Assembly (NCBI RefSeq): GCF_964204645.1 | Contig: NC_134027.1 | Span: 3,256,485 to 3,320,484 of the forward strand | Length of the DNA stretch: 64,000 nt | Source: Tubulanus polymorphus | Lineage: Eukaryota; Animalia; Nemertea | Reading direction: 5' to 3' | Shown here: positions 1 to 13,900 of the stretch, piece after piece | How positions within the stretch are numbered: position 1 is the stretch's first letter | Layout: each line of letters opens with the position of its first letter | Program-made: the position numbers and the translations under genes | The notes under the pieces: model-generated | The model's database searches: none | What the model was told of the DNA's origin: nothing | What the model saw: only the letters and a program-made list of their open reading frames with translations

Positions 1-3000
1 TGTTTTGCTTCCCATCAGTCGAGTGCAGGCTGGAGAAGTCTACCGTTAAATACATTCGTAAGAATAATTTACTTCGAAACATATGCCTAGTTTTAATCGC
101 AATGCACTACAAATAGTACACAGGTATACAGGATTTCACGCTCTAGCTTAACACTGTCTTACGCCGACGATTCTACAACGTGAAATATGAAAATACGCGC
201 AGAATGTGGTGCTTTTTACCTAGTAAACTTAGTGATATTTTGTGTATTTTTCTAGTCGCAATACAACGGCTATGACATGATATATCGGCTACATAATCAA
301 TTACGCAACATCAACCATTACTACTGAAAACGTTTTCATATAATGCATATCCTAGGATCTATGGATAGTGAGGCCAGTTTTTGACGCCGTGAAAACCGTT
401 ACAAAAATGTATTAATATCTCTTACTACGCTACATTGCTAAGTGTTATGTAAGGGGTAGCGTGTGAGTCGACGTGCACTACGTCATCAATATTGGCGTTG
501 CAAAATAACAATGACGAATTGAATACATTTTTCTTCTATTTAATGAATTTTCGTGTCCTTTTGATAGTGCATCTTTATGGCTATTGGGGCATCAATACTT
601 GGGTAATCTGTGAGTAGATGTGCACAACGTCATCAATATTTGGAATAGACTGGTTGGCAGGCAATTCAATTCGATTCAATTCAATTGTCGATATATTCGA
701 ATTGAAAATAACTTTACTGATACTGTTTATCTTGAGTAACATTTTTGCAGTCTATTGAACGTAATTTCTGACCGTATTGAACGTAATTGACTATGGATAA
801 ACTATCATGGGTTTTAACTTAATTAATAGCATCACAGTAATTACATTAATCATGTATATGGTAAAGAAATTTTGTAAACAGAATGACTACGACTCCGAGA
901 CATACAAGAACGCGATTACCAAGGGGCATGGAGGATAGCTAATTGGATGCGCCGGAGAAAATCAGCAGTTATTTCTGTGAAAATATCGGAAATGCTCTGC
1001 AGGCATAAGAGATCACAGAAAAGAACGATGATTCAGTTTTGCGAGACATTTTCCATGTAGGTCCAAATGTTTAACTCATTATTTTCTATCATAGAATAAA
1101 ACTATATTCATATAATATCTATTTGAATGACTGTGTCGCATTTGATACGTAGCACATGCTAATAATTGATGTAAATTGTGCGTTTATGTCTGAATGGTAT
1201 AGAAATACATTCGTACGCCTATTTCAGATTACTGAACTATAATCGTTCAAAAGTTAAATTTGAATTTGGAGCAAATTTAATGGAAAATAAATGTTAATTT
1301 CTATTGTTAAAAAAACTACTTTATTAGCGTTGATCAAAAATGACTTAGTCTCTCAGGCACCTCTTAAACACACGGTGGAATCTTGTAGGAAGTTGATAGT
1401 CGCGCCTGTTACAAAAATACTTGGAAATCAGCATCCAGAGTGGTGCAAGCTCAGTTTCCATGGATACAGGAATCCTTACATCTCAGTTGGCAGTTATCTT
1501 CAACCTATTACCACGCTAAACTCGCCTCGTTCCCGTTGACAAAGTGCAATAAGTCCCCATAATCAAACAAGTACATGGTGGAACAAGAGCCATATCTCAG
1601 GGTTCGGCAAACTCAGTCAGTTGTCGATTTTCTTTATTAAATTAGGTAAATTCGATTCTCGATCGATCGAATTGAGAGCGTCGCGTTTTACCCCATATCT
1701 TATCTACATTTATGGGAGAAAAATGTGAAGCGAAGTGAACATCAACAAAATACAAAATGCACGAACCAGACCGGGATATTCTTATGCACTATTATATATC
1801 ATAAATAAGTAAAATGGGTTACATAATGATAACACGAGCAGCTGTGTATTATCTCTGCTATAAAATCCCGCTAATTATATTTCATATGTCCGCGTACATA
1901 CAAAAAATAAACCCAAAAAATCCATATTTTAAAATACAACGGCAACTAATATTGCTACGAATATTTAAGGTGAATCTGTACATGAATCGAAGCACGAAAA
2001 CCACCGCCGAGTAAGATTGAGTTACGCCAATTTCTATGAGCACTTATCTTTGCACATCGTTCCGAGAAGGCTTATTGGCGCAACTCACGCGACACTTCAC
2101 GAAGAAAAATCCGATCCCAAATATTTCGAGTGACAGTTGGAAATCTGTCTTAAATCTTTGTCGAATACGCCACTCGGTGCGTTAATTTTTGCAGGTAAGA
2201 ACAACTTCGGAAAATGAATGAAAATAATTATATCTATTTATGGACTAACTTCAATAAACATGACTTTTATATGATCAGTTGTAAATGAGGCATGCCAATC
2301 GTCATTAATCACGTTTCATGTATGGAACCTATTCACGATAGATTTTTATTACTGTTGAAATTGACTACAATCAAACTACTCGCGAACAGAATCTGTGTAA
2401 CTATGCATCGGTGACGTGATGGACAGAATAAATCCAAGTGAATGAAATTGGATTTTCATTTTTATTTATGGTTTCCTGGGTGTTTTTATAGCCGTTGTTG
2501 AATCGATATCGTATTTCTTCGAGATGAGAATTCCCGGAGGAAAGCTGTTCCGTGACGGCGACACAGGCAACAACATCAAAATGGTGACCTTAATAAATCG
2601 GGTGTAATAAAAATCCAGTAACGCCACAGTGAATAGATTGAAAATTGTGACAGGATTTACGAAGATTTATTAAAAGGATATACATGCGCATAGACTGTTT
2701 TGACGATAGGCTTTAACACACTATGATAATAGGAACGTTGAAAAATAAAGATGAACTACATGATGCTATCTGAGCGGTGAACAAATAACGTCATATATTT
2801 ATTACATGATGATATTGGTCCATTTCTGAATTTTTACTAATCTTCATTTATTGATATTTACTATATATCAATTATCACGTCCATTTCTGTATGTATTCAC
2901 AGTCGCTTTTATCTATACGATTAACATTCCATTGGCATCTATTTCTATATTACAATTTGCTTTATATAAACTCATAAACTTTTCACGGGCAAGAACCGAT

Positions 3001-4772
3001 TTTTTTGCCATACGAAACGATTGCACTATAGTCGCTATATACGTATGCAACCCAAGTACTTACTAATATGCAATTGGACCCTCTTACGAATACCAGGTAT
3101 GAATAATGTTATAATGTCATCTCGCTATAACTTTAGAATCAGCAGTTTATTGCATTTACTTTTATTGCCGTCCGTAATTTACCACGCGATGGTTCGATGT
3201 ATCAATAAGTGAATAAATGTTACTGGAGCAATGTCATAATGTGACAACGGTCACATCAGGACAGTTAATACAACGTTTAGGATAAGATCGCTAGAAAATG
3301 ATACTGATTCTATTATTCATCGACCACTGACCATCGAGATTTTATTAAGCTCAATTAGGTTACCCAAATACGTGGACGGACTAAACATTTGTTCATCTAC
3401 GGCCAAAACCAATCCCGTCTGAATTGAATTTGGTGGAAATTGTCACAGATGAATTGCGGCGCGCATAAAAATGCGGTTATCTCACAATTTTCTGAGTGTT
3501 ATGGTACACTTAAGATGGTGTATCAGCGACATTAGTAGGCCTTCTCTGTAACGTTTCGAGTTTCTTGACGCAATGAAACTACTATTCAATACTACTTTAA
3601 ACGGAATGTCGCTTCATAATGATCCATAGAAAGTGATAACTTTGCAGAGCGATGTCAGGAAATATATTTTTGCATGAATGCATATTCAGATTTAACAACA
3701 GCAGGTGCACTGGAATACGGTTTATATATCTATAGAGAGAAATATAGATATATAATGAAATCACTGATCGATTAATACATGCAATAACAACATATATTCT
3801 AATGTAATCTAATGTAATATGAGCGCCCCCTGAAAGAGATATTACACAGACAATTCAAAATACACAGAAAAACTTAACGAGATATTTCTGTCCAACGCAT
3901 CTTTGTCCAGGCCAGCATGAAATGAATCGACATCGGGACGTGTTTGAACAACTCTACCGTATGTTCACTAGATCGATGGATATACATAGTGTCATGAGAG
4001 AGTCCAAGATAACGCGTATCCTGACGATCAAGCACTTTCAATGGTATCTCACATAAATCTATGCCATGTCTAAGTCGCCCAAAATGAAAAACGATAGCAG
4101 CCGAACATTCATATCGTTTCGTTCATGTATATATTCATATATATGGTTGATCGAGGAGAACATTATAACATGGCAGTCCGTTCTCTATAACTCTATAACA
4201 GATGTTTGCGATATAATAAGCTGGATTTTTACGGGTTTTTTAATATACGAAAGTACGAGCTGATATGTAAAATAATATCTAGAATACGCGTAGACCATAA
4301 AGAGAATGCATGAGCGACGATATGTTAACATTTTCAAATGTTCGGCGAATAATGTTAATCTGTAGTTCGTCTGTAACCTTTTTTTCAGCGCTGAATGAAA
4401 ATCGACGAATGTTTATCGCGCAGAATTCTGGGCAGAACTCGTGGTGTATCGCAAATTAAAGCAAGCACCACCGGGGAATTCACAAATTAATTGAAAGAAC
4501 CAACACGCTCCCGAGACAATACATCACCCGCTCAAGATTAATAAAACTGCATCTGTTTACGAAAAGGTTACAATTTGAACTTCTATAATCATTTTCAAGT
4601 TTTAAGAAAGAACAATCTTATTCTTATTTACAGACGCTACAAAAGAGAAGAATTCTACATTGAAAAAAATAATGAATAATGACAACCGAATCAACACTAA
4701 TGATTTTACGTCTAACACGAATAGGACTTGCATCCATATACATTACTAAGCTGATTAATTGAATTTACTCAC

Positions 4773-4959
4773 TCGTTGTGTCTGTCCCTTTGGCAACAGC
4801 TTCAAGTCTTTCATTCATGCGGAAGGCGTGAGTCTGTCGATGTGGGAATATCTCCATTCCTAACAAGTCTAAAATGGGCCCGGGTACCCGAGAACGGGAC
4901 CATCCACCCATATTCCTGACAACGTTATGGCCAACTTTACCAACCATTGTGGCCACCAT
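4773..4959 (-). CDS. Putative first coding exon (62 codons + 1 nt) of an unidentified minus-strand gene
   Basis: ATG at 4959 opens MVATMVGKVG...HRQTHAFRMNERLEAVAKGTDTT. It ends at a consensus donor A|GTGAGT (GT at 4772-4771), phase 1. GC is higher than in the flanks. No family recognised. Confidence 0.45.
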
Positions 4960-7900
4960 TTATAATATCTTATGATACGAAAACCTTCTTGAAAATACGA
5001 CGAATGTAAATATTCGGAACGATGTGTCGAACTCAAAGATTACGCTTAATCATTCTGTAGCACTTACTAATCTAAAATGTCGATTTATGTCACCAGTTAA
5101 CTGTATGAACGCGTAGGTTACAGTGTCGCTTAAAAATCCGACAACTGTGATGTACATTTTCCAGTGATGTGACACTCCATCGTTCGAACACACTAGCGAT
5201 AGAGCGACGTCATGTCTACATCATGTTGCTGCCAATAACAGCGATGGGAAACACTTTCATGTGCGATACCACACGGCCGGTTGCCTTGCTCTGTGTTTTA
5301 CATCCACTTTTAGCCGTCCACTGCGCGAATCAATACGTATTGACTACGGCATCGATTACTCTAAGCTTACATCTGTTATTTGTGTTTAATACCGGCGTGA
5401 ATCCGATGAATCTGATCCAATAAGCCACACCCCATATTTCCGCAGATATCTGTTCATGGGATATGAATCAATTGTAATTTGGCCGAACACCGATCGAGGT
5501 CCGCAATGAGCTCCAAATGTCAATCCATTACGGTAGCGGATGTCAGTCCCTCCTGAAGTCGCTTCACGTTATCAACCGTGATGATGCTCACAAAACAGAC
5601 GGAAACTATTGCGACCTTTTTATCATTCGATCGGAAAATCGTTTGTAAGTGGTGCATATAGAGAGAATCTTACCCCGAAAACTGTGTGTATACTGTGGAC
5701 AAGTGGTAGCAGTGGTGATGAATTACTAGTTGTGGATTATGGGTCTGATGAGATATAACCGACCACTAGCAAATAAACATCATAAATCAGCTTGACAAAT
5801 TAAACTGACGCACTTGCACGCAATAATCTTGTCAATGCGCCTGCGTTGTTAAACCGAGAATTTAATTTCTCTCGACTAATCCCAGCGCGATTTACCGCAA
5901 TGATAAATTTTACCGGTTGGAACTGGGATCTCTCCAATGAGTTGATTCTGTTCCTACAGTATACAGCTATATATGATCTATCAGTTATAAGATTCTTCCT
6001 TATGATGAAGTCAGTTTTTCTGTGCGTGATTAACTCAAATTTGTTCTAGGCCTTTATAGAATTTGAGTGCAGAGAATTCTTTCATATATTCAATGTCATC
6101 TCGTGAAGTTCTTTAATTGGCGGTGCATTTTAAGACATTACGATTCTTTCACGTACGATTATAGAAAATAACTTATGTTTCGTACACGCGATGAGGCTAG
6201 CGTGTAGAGATACGTGTGGTTATTTTCTGAGAACAACCTTTATAGTTTGTTTGGTTGAAAAATGTCTAAACATTTTCATGTTCCATATGATGTCTATTTT
6301 GGTAAACGAGAACAGATCATTTGGGATTTTTCAGGTATCTTATTTCACCGTTATAAGGTAACTCTGCTAAACGTAGCCATGATAGTACCGAATGACACAG
6401 TATCATCACCTGCGCTCAAATGCTACGGAGAAGGATTATTCGACAACCTTACTAATCCCCGGAAAGGAAATCTGTCTGCAGATACAAGTCGGTTTTAAGT
6501 ACTAATCTCCACATCACTTGATATACCGATATACGTAAACGACGAAAGCGACGACACCAAGATTTTAAACAGCGAAAAGACTGGATTCGATGCATCAATT
6601 CGCGGTCTGTAGTTTGATACTTATATCTGTTCGCAATTCAGCAAAAACATTTCAAAAAACTAATAAATTTCCAGTATCCACAACACTTTTTGATAGACCA
6701 AAACGCCACGTTGTTTGAGAATTTCATCACCGATGAAACGTATCTATTCACGATAACATTTAGAAGTGCAAGGATGATACATTCTTATCTATTTCTCTGA
6801 CAAAAATATAAAAAGAGTTCTTATAGCCAATATTGTGAACTTACCATTAAAAGAAGAGTCCATACTTGAAGGCATAAGATTTAACTTAATATGAGAGTCA
6901 TCAGATAATACGAATACTGAAACTGACTGCGCCAGTCGTTTCGACTAATTGTTATTTTGCGAACAACTTTTGTAGTAGAGATGCAACCCCATATTTTAGA
7001 GTCCTAGACGCATTTAATCAAAATGTTCTAATGTCAATTAATAAAGTTGCTTGGTTCCAACTCGATTTTATGAGTTTCATTTATGTGATGAAACAAAGTC
7101 CCACAAAGCCAGGCGGACCTATTAACATACGGTCATTAAATGTGTACTCATTAAAATGGCAATGCAACTGATAGCAGGATATGGCATCGGGGATATTCAA
7201 CAAAATTTTAACTCAATGTAGATTTAGAACATGAAGAATAGAAAGATTTTATTTTTAAGAGAAACGTTAAAATGCTTAACTAAAAAAAGTCTCACCCATA
7301 ATATCACGGTGGACTGTACGGTTCTCCGGGTGAAAATCTATTAATTCCACGTCTCCAAACTTAGAATATCGAAGCTTGTAAAGTCGTTTTACAGTAAGTC
7401 CTGTTAATACACACGCCATGGTATAGTCACAGAAACGAACTGGAACGGTCCTCGATTCTATTTGAGGAGCTCTGCCATTTTCAGTAATTACGCACCATTA
7501 TTAAAGATATGATCGTACAAAGTAGGCCTCCGTCACAAGAGATGCATTTTAATGCAAAATTCTCGACAGACCTGGCAACATAGTGCTAGAAATATTAGTA
7601 TTGTCGTAACTGTTTGTTTTATCGTCTTGTGTGCATCTTAATTGGCTATGTTCTTATTTTACGACTTCTTTATCCGAATTTATATTTTGTATTAGCTTAA
7701 TAGTATCTTAGTATTGTATAGCACCCGTTGATGATTTTTGTTGAAACTCGAAGAATTCCTTGCGAGATTAAGCAATTAAGTCTAACGTATTAGTACAAAT
7801 TGAAAATTATGCTCAGCCGCGTCGGATAACTCGATGAAAAAACCACGATAAAAAAAAACTGTTAACCAATACATTTATTTATTTGTTTATTTATTTATCT

Positions 7901-10900
7901 ATTTCCTGAATAATTTTCATCAATGAATACCAGATTTACAAAATGGAAATACATTAACTAATTATCTATCTAATTACTTTTTCATAGTGAAAAGAATGTA
8001 ACGCGTATATTATCATGTATAACATAAATAGATATATTGGATAAGCATAATTCCACTACGGTTAGCAATGACGTCGAGAAGCAGAAAAACTTTTTCCCTC
8101 TGATTGCTGAATGCATCGAACCGCAATGGTCTTATAATCCGAGCGTATAATCGACCAAGATTTAGGCACCGGCGCAACAAATTTGTTTGTTGAAAGCCAT
8201 TTATGTGATCAGACTACAGAGATAGGTATATCGTAACCTTTCCCTGGAAACTGGTTCATTTACTCGCGGGATATGTGTTTCTACGCATGTCATATCGTAT
8301 CACGCAAAAATATGAGGAACTTGTCTTGATCAATCGTTTATTTTGTGGGTAAAAGCCACGCATGTTTTAGGAGCCGCTGTAAAACAAAAAGCATATGTAT
8401 GATTAATCAGAAAGTCTTATCCGACGTAGAAAAAGTCCGCGAGGCGCCCAGTAATACCTAATTACTATGTGCTATGATTGTTTGATCAGGCGCTAATCAA
8501 CAAGTAGTTCCACTGAAAGTTTGTTAAGATGATATTCACATACGGAGAAAGAATGTAGAAATACTATACAGAAAACTGCCATCATAGGATGTAACCATGG
8601 CAACCAGCCGTAATTCCGTATCGTCGCCGATCGTCTTTTTAGCATTTCGTAGCAAACCGATCCGCCATCTAGCGAAACGCGTGGTCATTTCTCTTGACTT
8701 GGGTATTGGGCTGCTAACTTTCGCGCGTTGTAGATCAAATCAGTTTAGAATGCTTCCTGGACAGATTTGGTATAGCCAATTTGAAAGATATTTACAGTAC
8801 TTTTAACAGTTTATTTTTAATTTGTGGAAGATAGAAATGATGTCAATAAGCAGTTGATACATTTTCCCTACAAACAGATGTGACTATGTGTGACAGTAAT
8901 CGTGTAGCGAGGAATGGATGTGTCACAGCAAACCAGTTTTATTTCTAAAGTAAACGACCTTGGACAGTCAATGAATAATGTAGAGCTCTGTATCTGAGCA
9001 CAAACGTGTATGTATATATACCATGAGCTGAAACTCGTGGCGAATTGAGCTCAACATCGGTGGTAAATACAGCCGCTCCATCCAATTTGCAACGTCTCCG
9101 GTAACCATGCTTTATGTGGCGGCGAAATGATATAAGACGAATTATATGCCCTTATTTCCATTCCATTGCGCAACCGAGAACTGGAGATCATTTGCATCTA
9201 TTTTGCCTCTGATGCGACGGAGTTCAGAAAAATCCCGCTGATGATCGTTACTGGACAATTACGTCGTGAAAATCGCGGTAGTTGTCGTAAACGCTCTTTA
9301 AGACGTCGGGTACTAAATATCGACATGAAATCTAAAATATGAGCACTTTTTATTAAAATGCGGTAAATTGTATTCTCTCATGGTTCGCGGCGTGTTCGTA
9401 AGGTTGTCGTAGCTTTTTAACGGTCACCAATGAGGATCCTGAACACCATGAAAACGGAAAAGCAGTACATGTCCGGAATTCCATTCATCCCCCACAGATT
9501 GCTTCGGCCTCATCGTTCAATATAGAAACAGTTGAGAAATGAGGTGTTCTTAACCGATAAAGATCACTAACAGATTATCATCGAAGGCGGTTGACGGCGT
9601 GGAACTGATTACTTGAACGAGCGTTTTGAAACAGTTCTCTCACTCACAAGTGACCGAAACTAGTTCAGACGATGTATCTTTGCTTAACGGTCGATATCGT
9701 TAATGTCATCCATTACCGCATAAACACATGGTTGTTGGATATCAGTCTTATTCGTGCACAACTTATGGAATTTAGCAAAAAATGATAGAAAACCGAATAA
9801 GAAATATGAATAATTTCTTGTACATTATCGATACACGCAAGTGCATTTTCAGCGTATTAAGATACATTACACAGTCATAAAAAAAATCATCAGTCCCCTC
9901 CGTAATCTTTACATTTTGTAGACAACCGTTCGTGATTAGATTATTAATCATATTAGATTTCCAAAACCCTGGGAATCTGAAATCATTTGAACAACTCCTG
10001 TCGTCTTTATATGCCAGCGAGATCCATTAAATAAATTTTTAGAAAAAAAACATGTTGCAACGAAGACCCATAAATAAAGCAAATTGTCTCAGCCTTTAGG
10101 ATACTGCACTATCCATCTAACATGAACATTTAAGATTCTTTGTGTTTTCTTGAATATCTTTTAATAGACGATGGTTACAAGTTATAAACAAGGACGATTG
10201 TCGTAGCGTGGTAAATGCCATTATTGGTCGCATCAAAACAATTCAGAATTTCTCATGATGTTTTAATGACCGGATTGATATTTCTTCAGCCATGAATGTT
10301 CTCCAACTTTTGGAAGCATGAGCTATAATATGATCAGTAGGAGTCTTTAATATGCAGGATGAAAGGATTCATTCCCCGCTTAGGGATGACATCTTACCAC
10401 CTCCAGAATTAATTTATTGGATGGCGTTCAAACAAGGAAGACAAGACTGCTGCTTGAATATCATTAGTTTAGGACTGTTGATTGTAAAGTATAGGGAAAA
10501 TGATGCACTTGGCAGATTTTATCACCAACTTTAGAATCAATCACACAATTGACTGACCATTTCCTGCACATAAAATAGTCATCAAATCGCTGCGTAAACT
10601 GGCCCACGAATAGTTACTAAGATTCTAGTTAGGGTTTATAGAAATAAATAACTTCTCCGGCGATTTTTTTTTATACGAGAAAACTGTCCTTCCTAGTTTT
10701 CATGTGGTATATTACATGTTATACATGGATTTTCCAAACATTTCTAAGTGGAACGACTTAGTATGAAGTATAAGGCGACAATTTGTGATAGCGACCCAAG
10801 AATTAACAGTTAAAAAACTGACAGATTTCACGTATGAAGTTTCATATCCATTTGTATCAACATGCTTAAAATCACTGCATGGCATGCTTACTGGATAATA

Positions 10901-13900
10901 AAAAAAAATATATAGCTACTGTTCTGGGAATATCTGAATAATCTTTAAAGATCTGATATATCGGTTGCAAGCGACCAGGGGATTTAAATTGGATTAGATT
11001 TCAATTCAAATTGAATGAAGCGCAGACTTGAAACGTATGCTTTTAAACACTGTAAAGAGATCGTTTCCGCCAGAATTGAAATTGTCACTCGTGCTTGCTA
11101 AAGAATGTTTTGCCAATTGAATGAAATAAGATGAAAGAGCTAGCTGCGTAGGAATACTTTTTGAATTATATTAGATTCTTCTATTTTGCAAAGGACTGCA
11201 AATATTGATTAGCTTCTAGTCTTCAAGCAAATAGTTATTTCGGAAGAGCATATGCAGTGAATATCTATCGAGCAGAAAGTGTGTTTGTGTAGGGATTTTT
11301 TTTTTGGGGGGGGGGGGAGGGTCCACCATTAAACTCTACATTTTCGTGCCATAATGTGTAATAATATATACCACGCACGTTCATCATTTCTATATTGTTT
11401 TCAATTCCTTGGTGGAATAAAGACAATGAGAATAAACATAGGCGTCAAGGGGCATCGACAAGACTAGTGATACTAGTGTAAGGAAGATCTCGATTACCAT
11501 ACGTACTCTTGACAATTGAATCTAAACCCTTCACTGCTCACCCGGTAACATATGTACATAATTATACATAACGCATGAAATTGGAGAGAAACGGAGTTTA
11601 TTCCGCGTGGAAGCTACTAAAGGCGTTTAATACGACTTTTAGCACGCCTAATACGCTCATAATCCAGGATTTAGGACCAACTCGATAAATAGTACCAGCT
11701 CTCGTTACCAGAGGCATATTAAAGGGCCAATTTTCTCACTCGGGAGCAAGGAGTCATTTGACGAGGCGCATCGAGCAAATGTGTCTCGGCGGAATGCCAG
11801 GCGGATAACTGTAATGCGAACCACTATTAGAAAGAACATACAAATAAATATACATCACGATAAAACAACAGAGAAATCTATTTTCTCGAGTGCTCTTGAT
11901 CACGAAAAAACGTGCGGTTTGCTATCATCGCGTTACTGGACATTATAACAAATTATCTTCCGAGAGCTTGAGTCTGTTTGACATGTATACGGCCATTTAC
12001 GAAGAATAATGAACTTCGGGCGTTCGCGAGACAGTATGTTACTTTTAGTAGATGAATGGCGAAATAATATTCACTCATGGATGGATACAGTTTATACGTT
12101 CATGATCCACCAAAAAGCAAAGTTTATGATGAGAGCATTTAGTACGAACACGCAAAAATTTGTATGTATGCGAACAACGACGCCTCAAGTATAGTCATTT
12201 ACATCGCTATAAGTGTCCTCACCGTTAATGAATCCTGAATAGCAGTCTCATCACCACTGCATAATTTGCACAAATATTCTTAGATTAATTCATAATGAAC
12301 AAAACGCAAGAGACCGATGAGTGTTTTGACGAAAATTGCTTCGTGATGTTCGTCGAACATATTCCGTTATAATTAAGTCATACTTGAAACGCTTTAGAAA
12401 GACAGAAAACGAATGAATCTCTGAATCATATGTCTTGTGGTGTTGTGGAGGAAATTGTCGATAACGGAAACATACATAAACCGTGACATCAGGACTGAAT
12501 ATGTGGGCCGAGATGGAAAGTTAACTCTTGAACTCCTTGTTATTTGTGTAAAAGCAAAAAAAGACTCGCTGTCAGATTTTCTGTATGATTACTTGATTTT
12601 GAAATATTCTTACTTCTCGCTATATGTAATATTCTTAACGCTCAAATTTCTTGTTTTAACTATAGGATATAGAAGATTTTGGACTTGCTTAAACAGTAAC
12701 AGTTTAATCCAGAACGCTCATCTTATTGGAATAATGAGGTCATCATGTATAGATTTTCTGTTTATATGCCAATAGTAGTTCCTGTATTTCCTTTGAATGG
12801 TTTTTTGATGTTATCACAGGTTAAAACGGCGAACGAACAAGCAGATGATCGCTTATCGATCGCCAGGTGATTATGTAAATTGTTTTCATTGCATTTCCAC
12901 ATGAAAAATCCCAACGCTGTGCATAAAATAATTTTGTCTCGTGTAAAATAGAAAATTTGAAATTTCCATTTCAGAGATCGTATCCGACTAAGGGTAGGAC
13001 AATCTAGACTGTGTCTAATGCATACAGAAGTCTCGAACTCTAAAACGAAAGTCCAAACTGAAATAAATTACATAGAAATGTCTCAATTTGTAGATAAAGC
13101 TATGACTATACAAACAACCCATTTTTAATATGAAACCATACGATCTAATAAGTGGTGCCTCGACATGATTATATCACCCGATTTATTTCATTCCGTCGTG
13201 TATAGGAGAATTAACGCTAATAACTGCGGTCATCTTTTTTCATTAGTGCAGTAACAGCGGGGAAGAATTAAAATTGTTACATACAGCAAAATTCTGCCAT
13301 TTAAAGTTATTTTGAAAATGTTCGAAAGAGTTTAGAACGTCCAGTCTTGCTATCAATATAAACAAGAACGCAGAAACCGTAGAAATGAAACGATATAAAC
13401 AGTTGAAACGACTGAAAACGATATAAAAGTGGTTGTTTATACTGTGTTGTGTGTTGAACTTTGCATACGAAATAGATAGAAAATAGAAATAGATTGATTG
13501 TACAATGAAAAATTGATCAAAAATCTAAAGCGAATATACGGGTACAAATAGTTTTATGCTGCGTTGTGAAAGACGACACGGCGGTCGATGTGGATAAGAT
13601 ACAGATTTTATTCTGAGTATATATGCGTTGAACGCAAATTTCTATGATTCAATAAATAGCTTGTTTGGTCAAACTAGTTGGTGTACTCGGGGCTAGCTTT
13701 AACAATATAAAGATACATCAGTGCTATACTAGCAGTGACGATAATTCGTCCGTAACTGGGTTTTCATCATTCCAGGAAACAACGACGAAAGAATTTCTCG
13801 AAATAGCCTAGTTTTGAATCGATAGATTTTCTTTCTATACACTGACCACCATCCTGGGATTCGAACCTGAAACGTGAGATTCTGCCACGTTCTCACGACT

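Noticed and set aside
11295-11321. Poly-T/poly-G run as a G-quadruplex element
   Set aside because: Simple homopolymer with no supporting context.
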